Source of the DNA: a virus
Lineage: Duplodnaviria > Caudoviricetes
Virus record (IMG/VR): IMGVR_UViG_3300036815_000031
Location: 1 to 28,262 of that record
Strand: one strand, 5' to 3'
DNA length: 28,262 bases
Translations under genes and position numbers: made by a program
Part shown: in pieces, positions 23,086-28,262 of the stretch
How positions within the stretch are numbered: the first letter of the stretch is position 1
How the letters are laid out: each line of letters begins with the position of its first letter
The notes under the pieces: model-generated
Told to the model about the DNA's origin: nothing
The model's database searches: none
What the model saw: only the letters and a program-made list of their open reading frames with translations

Positions 23086-23699
23086 TGGCGCGCCAGCAGT
23101 GGGCTAGCCCCGCGCCGGACCCCGAGTGGCAGGCCGACAAGAACGGCGAGCTGCTGCGCCAGCACGGGCTGTGCGGCCACCAGGGCTGCACCCACAAGCT
23201 GAAGGACGCCTTCTGGATCGCCTGGGCCGAGGAGTACCGCAAGCAGCCCGGGTTCTCGGCCACCGCCTGCTCGCGGCGTTGCATCTGGAACTGGTGGTAC
23301 GCCTACAGGGACGCGGTGCGCAAGGGCTGGTGGGGACCGAAGAGGCCCCTGGTCAAGAAGATCAAGCCTGAGTCCAGGTGGACGTGGGGAAGGCGCGGTG
23401 CGCAGCCTCGCGAGCCCCAGCGGGCTCAGCAGCCGCAGCAGCAGCCGGAACCCGGGTACGCGACCTGCCGGTGCCAGGGCGGAACGCTGCCGTGCAGCTC
23501 CGGGATCTGCCCGCGCCGCCCTCAGTACAAGCAGGGGCAGAAGGTCGGCATGGCCGGTGCCGTGCGGATCACCCAGCGCGGTCCTGAGCAGGGTCCGCCG
23601 GCTGAGGGAATCGCCCGGCCGAGGTCCGTCGCGCTCAACCCGAGTTACGAGAAGCCCGGCACCGACGTCGAGCTTTCCCGTTACCGGAAAGGCAAGTGA
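23085..23699 (+). CDS. Cys/Trp-rich basic hypothetical protein
   Basis: 204 aa; CGHQGC...CSRRC and CRC......C....C clusters; high GC3. Confidence 0.75.
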   Translation: MARQQWASPAPDPEWQADKNGELLRQHGLCGHQGCTHKLKDAFWIAWAEEYRKQPGFSATACSRRCIWNWWYAYRDAVRKGWWGPKRPLVKKIKPESRWTWGRRGAQPREPQRAQQPQQQPEPGYATCRCQGGTLPCSSGICPRRPQYKQGQKVGMAGAVRITQRGPEQGPPAEGIARPRSVALNPSYEKPGTDVELSRYRKGK

Positions 23700-23706
23700 C
23701 TTTCAG

Positions 23707-23837
23707 GCGAGTGTAAATACTCGCATTCACTGTGATCCTGGCCCCGGATATCCCCCAGGCGGTTCCTCACCGCCGGGGCCAGGATCACACACTCCACGTG
23801 ACCTGCGGAAACTTAACCGCAGGTCACACTTTTGTTT
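23707..23837. terminator. Three consecutive hairpins between convergent genes
   Basis: Stems at 23707-23724, 23731-23789 (17 bp) and 23798-23827 (11 bp, followed by acttttgttt). Confidence 0.75.
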
Positions 23838-23891
23838 ATCAAGAAACCTTGGTAAGCCACAGTCACAGTCACACCGTGCGCCACAGTCGGG

Positions 23892-24629
23892 TCACACTAG
23901 CGCGGCACTCCAGGTATTGACCCCCACCACCCCGTCCACGCCGAGGTGAACGGCAATCTGGAACTGCTCGGTGGCCTGCTGCGTGGCCATCCCGAACTGC
24001 CCGTCGATAGCGACGTTGTGCCCGTGGGCGGCCAGCAGGCCCTGCCAGTTCCGGACGGCCTGCCCGGTCGAGCCGAGCCTGATGACGGTGGCCTTGGCCA
24101 TGTCTACCTCCGCAGTAGAGTCCTGTACCGGGGTCGTGAAGAAGCTGTCCAGCAGCAGGGACATGTCGATCGAGGAGCTGCCGACCCCCCGGAAGGCATC
24201 CGTCCACTGGGTGCCGTCCGCCTGCGGGTAACCGCAGGCCTTCACCAGCGGGCCGCAGATGTGCTCGCCGATGCCGTAATGGGCCGACAGCAGCCGGACC
24301 GACGACCGGGCCACCCCGAGGGAGGAGAGCCCGGGTACCACCGAGTCGCGCATCACCGAGGCGCTGGCGTAGATCACCGGGCGATCGGCCCCGGCCCTGA
24401 TCTGGTCCCTGGCCCACGTGCACCCCTGGGCGGGGGACAGGTCGCCGGACTCGACGTCGCAGCCGACGGCCTTGCCCCCGCGCACCGTCAGGGACACCAG
24501 GCGCGCGTGGGGGAACAGCTTCTCCAGGTCACCGATGGTGGGCCAGAAGCCGTCTGTGTACCCGAGGTACGCGGGGTAGCCGTCGGGCAGGTTGACGGGG
24601 AAGATGCTGTCGGGCATTGAGATGCTCAT
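23892..24629 (-). CDS. Endolysin: GH25-like/TIM-barrel-type catalytic domain plus C-terminal peptidoglycan-binding domain
   Basis: DVE.GD, RP.IY.S, SAHY and QWTD motifs; C-terminal LGSTG.AV..WQ.LL...DG.FG..T..A...FQ....L.VDG.VG..TW; GGAGG RBS. Confidence 0.88.
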   Translation of the reverse strand: MSISMPDSIFPVNLPDGYPAYLGYTDGFWPTIGDLEKLFPHARLVSLTVRGGKAVGCDVESGDLSPAQGCTWARDQIRAGADRPVIYASASVMRDSVVPGLSSLGVARSSVRLLSAHYGIGEHICGPLVKACGYPQADGTQWTDAFRGVGSSSIDMSLLLDSFFTTPVQDSTAEVDMAKATVIRLGSTGQAVRNWQGLLAAHGHNVAIDGQFGMATQQATEQFQIAVHLGVDGVVGVNTWSAALV

Positions 24630-24639
24630 GATGCCTCCG

Positions 24640-24912
24640 TTAGCAGTGGTACTGGCGGCCGACAGTCACGAACGCCTCGTAGAAGCGGTAGGAGGACTCC
24701 CGCGACGGATTGGCCGAAGGATCGGCGGGAGCCGGGACCGGACTTGCGGTCACCAGGTTGACGATGCCGCACAGCACCTGCTCGGACTGGCGCACCGCCT
24801 GGTCGGCCCGCCAGGTGGCCACCAGGTAGTCCCCGGCGAACGCGGCGGCGGTCAGGGCGATGAGCAGCGCGGCGGCAATTACAGCCCGCATCGCGGGGCT
24901 GAGGTTGATCAT
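24640..24912 (-). CDS. Lysis-cassette membrane protein with a Cys pair
   Basis: N-terminal TM, extracytoplasmic LC...YHC, adjacent to the endolysin. Confidence 0.75.
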   Translation of the reverse strand: MINLSPAMRAVIAAALLIALTAAAFAGDYLVATWRADQAVRQSEQVLCGIVNLVTASPVPAPADPSANPSRESSYRFYEAFVTVGRQYHC

Positions 24913-24919
24913 CAGGAGC

Positions 24920-25162
24920 TTACGGATGAGGCCGCCCTCCCTTCCACTTCTCGTGGTCTTCGAGGATCGTGACCCTCGTGTCGAGCTGGCCGATCTTCTC
25001 CGCCAGGTCGGCGACGGTCTCGTTCAGGCGGTTAGTCGCCTTAGTGTTGCTGTCGGTCGCGGTCACCTGCTTGAAGATCGCCCTCAGCAGGACCCACACC
25101 CCGCCGATGAAGGCGGTGATCCCGCCTAGCGCTCCCAGCACCGTAAGTGTGGTAGCTCCCAT
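24920..25162 (-). CDS. Holin-like single-TM plus coiled-coil protein
   Basis: N-terminal TM then heptads ending LDTRVTILE; GGAGG RBS. Confidence 0.75.
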   Translation of the reverse strand: MGATTLTVLGALGGITAFIGGVWVLLRAIFKQVTATDSNTKATNRLNETVADLAEKIGQLDTRVTILEDHEKWKGGRPHP

Positions 25163-25238
25163 TGCGCCTCCCCGGCACCAGCCGTACCCGCAGGAACAGC
25201 AGTTAACATTGAAGCGTCAAGGAGTGAGCTGGGGCAGC

Positions 25239-25260
25239 GGGGAGGACGGCAATCCTCCCC
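25239..25260 (-). terminator. Hairpin between tail and lysis genes
   Basis: ggggagga-N6-tcctcccc, 5 nt after the stop at 25266. Confidence 0.5.
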
Positions 25261-25265
25261 TTCTG

Positions 25266-25571
25266 CTACTGCGGGCCGATGACCTGGCGCTGCGAGGCCC
25301 CGTACACGTACGCGCTGGCCGGCTGGGGGTAGGTGCCGGGCGGCAGCCCGGTGTCGTAGTAGTCCCCGAGCGCCGAGGCGTCGGCGATGGCGGACTTCAG
25401 GGTCCCGGCGTCCGTCGCGGACAGGCCGGTCGCGGTCTCCATGTCGGTGAGCGTCACCCCCGCCGACCACTGCTGGAGGTCGTGGACGTCTTCCAGTGCC
25501 TTGCGCAGGGCGAACAGCTTGCTCTGGACGAGGGCGTTCACCTGCTGCGTGCTGAGTCCGGTGCTGAACAT
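25266..25571 (-). CDS. Hypothetical tail-associated protein, 101 aa
   Basis: ATG 25571 (or GTG 25574) overlaps the upstream stop and follows GGAG; MFSTGLSTQQVN... Confidence 0.75.
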   Translation of the reverse strand: MFSTGLSTQQVNALVQSKLFALRKALEDVHDLQQWSAGVTLTDMETATGLSATDAGTLKSAIADASALGDYYDTGLPPGTYPQPASAYVYGASQRQVIGPQ

Positions 25572-26152
25572 CACTTCTCCCATACCATCGCGGTAATCAC
25601 GGTGTGCGTGCCACGGACGGTACCGCCCGTGGTTCCCGAGGCCCGGATCTTCGCCGTGTACGTCCCGGCCGCGACCCCGGTAATCACGTAGACCTGCGCG
25701 ACAGTCCCCCGGATCGCCGCTGCCGATCCCGTCTGGAGCAGGGCGTCTGAGGTCTGGTCGGACCCGTTCCAGTTGAGCCACGCGGTCACGGACGCGCTGG
25801 TGGTGGCGTTGGTCTGCTCGTCCACCGCGATGACCACGACGACGGTGGAGCTGCTGCCGCGCACCGTCACGGAGGTCGTCGCGCCGGGGACGTCCGCCGC
25901 AGAAGCGCCGACGGACAGGTTGCTGGAGGCCACGGCGCTGAACACGGGGATGTTCGTGTACTTGAGCGCGTCGGAGACCGTGACGTCCGTGGCCGACACG
26001 GTGGTCGCGGAGACGGTGGTCGCCGTGATGTTCGAGGACGTCAGGTTGACGATCGTGGCATTGGCCAGCAGGTGGCTGATCTGCCCCCGCAGGTCGGCGA
26101 TGTCGCGCTGCGCCTGCTGGAGCGAGTATCCCGGGACGCTGGGAGTGGTCAC
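25571..26152 (-). CDS. Minor tail fibre/spike protein
   Basis: N-terminal coiled coil, pentapeptide repeats ITATT-VSATT-VSATD, C-terminal beta domain (DVPG.T.SVT...AGTYTAKIR). Confidence 0.8.
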   Translation of the reverse strand: MTTPSVPGYSLQQAQRDIADLRGQISHLLANATIVNLTSSNITATTVSATTVSATDVTVSDALKYTNIPVFSAVASSNLSVGASAADVPGATTSVTVRGSSSTVVVVIAVDEQTNATTSASVTAWLNWNGSDQTSDALLQTGSAAAIRGTVAQVYVITGVAAGTYTAKIRASGTTGGTVRGTHTVITAMVWEK

Positions 26153-26153
26153 T

Positions 26154-27974
26154 TCACCACCAGTTTCCTGTTAGCTGGACGTTATCGAGGTAGTGGACCT
26201 CGGACCCGGCCCCGGTGCTGACCACCTCGGCGACGGCGAGCGCGTAGGCCGCGTTCGACGGCGCGGTCAGGCTGGCCACCGCCTGCTTCCAGGTGCTGGT
26301 GTTATCTGCCACGGTGGTGCCGAACACCGTGCTGATCGTGGTCCCGGCGGCGTCGTACCAGTGGACGCCGACCGCGACGCTGCGGGCGCTGACCGCCGAC
26401 AGGAACCACCCCGACACGTACACCTGGCTGCCGCCGCCGACGAAGAGCATCTGGGTCGCGAAGTTCGCCGAGGCGCAGTGCTGGGCGGTCATCGTGCCGC
26501 CCGCGACGGACGTCATCTTCAGCGAGTCGGAGCCGGTGAAGGCGTGCGTGAGGTCGTTGGCCAGGGTGCAGTTCGACGTCACCGCCCAGGTGCCGGCGCC
26601 GCCCTCGAAGTCGCTGTTCTTAGCCGACCCGGAGGAGGCACTGGCCAGGAAGTTCGTCTCGTACGGGGCCTCGGGCACGGAGTTGAACTCGATGCGCCAG
26701 GTGTAGGCGTTGAGGGTCTCGTCGAACCCGGTGGCCAGCAGGTCAACCGTGGACACGTCCCCGTAGGAGGGCATGTTGGGAATGCGCAGGTGGTCCCCGC
26801 CGTCCACGCCGGGGATCGACGCGAACAGGCTCTGCACCGCAGGCCGCCGCATGTCGAGGACGACCGCCGGGTAGCGGGCGGCATCGACGGTGCCCTTGGA
26901 CAGGAGGAACGTCGCCAGGGGCTGGGGCTGCGTGTCGTTGTTCACGTTGGCGTTGAGGGAGTACGGGTAGCTCCCCACCCCGGCGGGGGGCGACAGGTTG
27001 GAAAGAGCCCCGGACGCCTGGATCAGGTGGGCGCTGCCGCCGTTGACCCGCGTGACGGTGATGTCGTTGCGGGTCAGGGCGTCGTCGGGGGTCGGCGACA
27101 GGGCCTCGGAGAACACCGAGCCCGCGTAGTCGAGCACCAGCGGGTACTCCTGGTTGGAGAGCGACGCCCGCGTCCGGTAGTACAGCCCGAGCATGTCCCG
27201 CGCCTCGATCAGGAGCCCCTGGTCGGCGTCCTCCGCCTGCTGGAGGATGTCCATGAAGCGGCCGTTGCGCTGCGGCCCCATGGCGGGGGTGTCGGTCGCG
27301 GTGCCCCGCAGGTTCCCGCCGATGCCCACCTCGGAGCACATCCGGGTGAAGCGGTTCCCGGCCAGCTCGCCGTCGTGCCCGTTGATGGCGTCCGCCAGGC
27401 CCGAGGTCACCATGTCCTCGTTGGCGTACTGCACGACGATCATGCCGACGGCCGTGTCGGTGACGGCGCTGTCCGGGTTGACGACCACCTGGCTGGGCGC
27501 GCCCATCGCGGCGGTGGTCACGGTCCCGGTGTTGCTGGCCGGGTTGGTGACGCTTACTGCCCCCGGGGTGACCGACCGGATGGCCCAGGCGATGTTCGCC
27601 CCGGACGCCGACAGTTCGAGGGACACCATCATCGGGGTGCCGTCGGCGCTGAAGGCCAGGGCACCGGAGTCGAACTTGGAGGTGACCCCGTTGAACCCAC
27701 GGAAGCCGAGGTGGCCGCCGGAGGTGTAGTAGCACTCGGCCTTGGTCAGGCCGCCCGACGAGATCACCGAGCGCAGCAGGGTGGCCCCGGTGGCGGCGCC
27801 CGTCGATGGGACGCTGAGCAGGAACCGGATGACGACGACGCTCGGCGAGCTGATGCCGGGATAGGTGATCTTCACCTGCCCGGCGGCCCCGCTGCCTCCC
27901 GGTGCCCCGTTGGAGGAGCCTCCGCCGCCCGCGCCGCCCGGTGCCGACCCCGGGGACCCTGAGTTATTCGTCAT
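26154..27974 (-). CDS. Minor tail protein C-half with C-terminal carbohydrate-binding-like domain
   Basis: Begins with the end of the Gly-rich domain (GAAGQVKITYP). Motifs GE.AG.RF.R.C.E, MGPQ, AD.GLL.E.RD, RNDITVTR; C-terminal NSDFE..W...G..SL...AP..A.YA...YLDNV (CBM4/9-like). Confidence 0.9.
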   Translation of the reverse strand: MTNNSGSPGSAPGGAGGGGSSNGAPGGSGAAGQVKITYPGISSPSVVVIRFLLSVPSTGAATGATLLRSVISSGGLTKAECYYTSGGHLGFRGFNGVTSKFDSGALAFSADGTPMMVSLELSASGANIAWAIRSVTPGAVSVTNPASNTGTVTTAAMGAPSQVVVNPDSAVTDTAVGMIVVQYANEDMVTSGLADAINGHDGELAGNRFTRMCSEVGIGGNLRGTATDTPAMGPQRNGRFMDILQQAEDADQGLLIEARDMLGLYYRTRASLSNQEYPLVLDYAGSVFSEALSPTPDDALTRNDITVTRVNGGSAHLIQASGALSNLSPPAGVGSYPYSLNANVNNDTQPQPLATFLLSKGTVDAARYPAVVLDMRRPAVQSLFASIPGVDGGDHLRIPNMPSYGDVSTVDLLATGFDETLNAYTWRIEFNSVPEAPYETNFLASASSGSAKNSDFEGGAGTWAVTSNCTLANDLTHAFTGSDSLKMTSVAGGTMTAQHCASANFATQMLFVGGGSQVYVSGWFLSAVSARSVAVGVHWYDAAGTTISTVFGTTVADNTSTWKQAVASLTAPSNAAYALAVAEVVSTGAGSEVHYLDNVQLTGNWW

Positions 27975-28262
27975 GGCTTGTTTCCCAGGAAGTAGCCGGT
28001 CCCGTTACGCCGCGCCAGCCAGTTGCCGTGCTCTGTGGTCGGGCACCAGGTAACGCCCTCGTACCAGGACTCCTCGCGCGTGCAGTCGCCGACGGGAACC
28101 AGGTCCAGGGTGCCCAGCGGCACCTGGTCCTCCGGGCGCAGCTCGCCTGTCTCCCGGTACGCCCACTTCCCGTCGCTCATGACCAGCCAGCGGTGCTGGG
28201 AGGTGACGCAGGCCGTGAAGTCCGGGTGGGTCACCGTCGTCACGGCGCAGGGCACCTCGTAG
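27827..28262. repeat. Terminal direct repeat, copy 2
   Basis: Matches 1-436. Confidence 0.97.
27971..28262 (-). CDS. Partial (C-terminus) of tail protein N-half with Hint domain, allele 2
   Basis: Same frame and ending (GYFLGNKP-stop) as 145..1794, with substitutions DG>PE, IPWD>VPVG and H>Y. Truncated by the window end. Confidence 0.9.
   Translation of the reverse strand, partial: YEVPCAVTTVTHPDFTACVTSQHRWLVMSDGKWAYRETGELRPEDQVPLGTLDLVPVGDCTREESWYEGVTWCPTTEHGNWLARRNGTGYFLGNKP

Larger units (their letters stand above)
22545..23095. repeat. Dense dispersed array of GYRCCA/TGGYRC hexamers including ten GGCGCGCC palindromes
   Basis: GGCGCGCC at 22568, 22585, 22707, 22743, 22800, 22923, 22983, 23044, 23059 and 23087. 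More than 30 hexamers by hand count, on both strands and in different frames. Confidence 0.9.

Noticed and set aside
22545-23095. CRISPR array
   Set aside because: The repeats are 6-10 bp and irregularly spaced, with no constant repeat/spacer period and no cas genes.
23700-23890. tRNA gene
   Set aside because: There is no cloverleaf and no T-loop GTTCRA; the stems are too long.
27980-27986. Canonical slippery heptamer G GGA AAC at the intein end that would shift -1 into the downstream ORF
   Set aside because: Allele 1 has G GGG AAC, which breaks the heptamer. The shift would give Asn-Gln-Ala-Met-Thr, still with no +1 nucleophile. Minor fusion in allele 2 cannot be excluded.

Overview
The window is an essentially complete ~27.8 kb genome of a high-GC (actinobacterial) tailed phage of siphovirus type, encoded almost entirely on the minus strand. 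Gene order: small early/regulatory genes, terS, terL, portal, ClpP-type head protease, HK97-fold capsid, head/neck genes, two paralogous tail-tube genes, tail chaperone, tape measure, minor tail genes and a lysis cassette. Positions 1-436 repeat at 27827-28262. The last 127 nt are identical and the first 309 nt differ at about 26 positions, so the contig looks like a circle of 27,826 bp plus a piece of a second allele. The main finding is in the large minor tail gene, which is broken inside a glycine-rich domain. The first ORF ends in a complete 140-aa mini-intein (Cys1...TxxH...WCP...GN) followed by Lys-Pro-stop. The continuation starts as a separate, translationally coupled ORF (Met-Thr-Asn-Asn-Ser...). 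Only 8 nt (AAGCCATG) separate the intein's terminal Asn codon from an ideal +1 Thr codon, and this arrangement is intact in both diverged alleles. It suggests a Hint domain that ligates or cleaves in trans onto a separately translated C-extein (inference, untested). Other oddities: I recognise no integrase, partition, primase or polymerase gene, only a stand-alone wHTH origin-binding-like protein beside a mirror-symmetric iteron origin; a very dense GYRCCA/GGCGCGCC motif array overprints two ORFs; and one small protein may be an Acb2/Tad1-like sponge. All product calls come from reading motifs and gene order; no searches were run.
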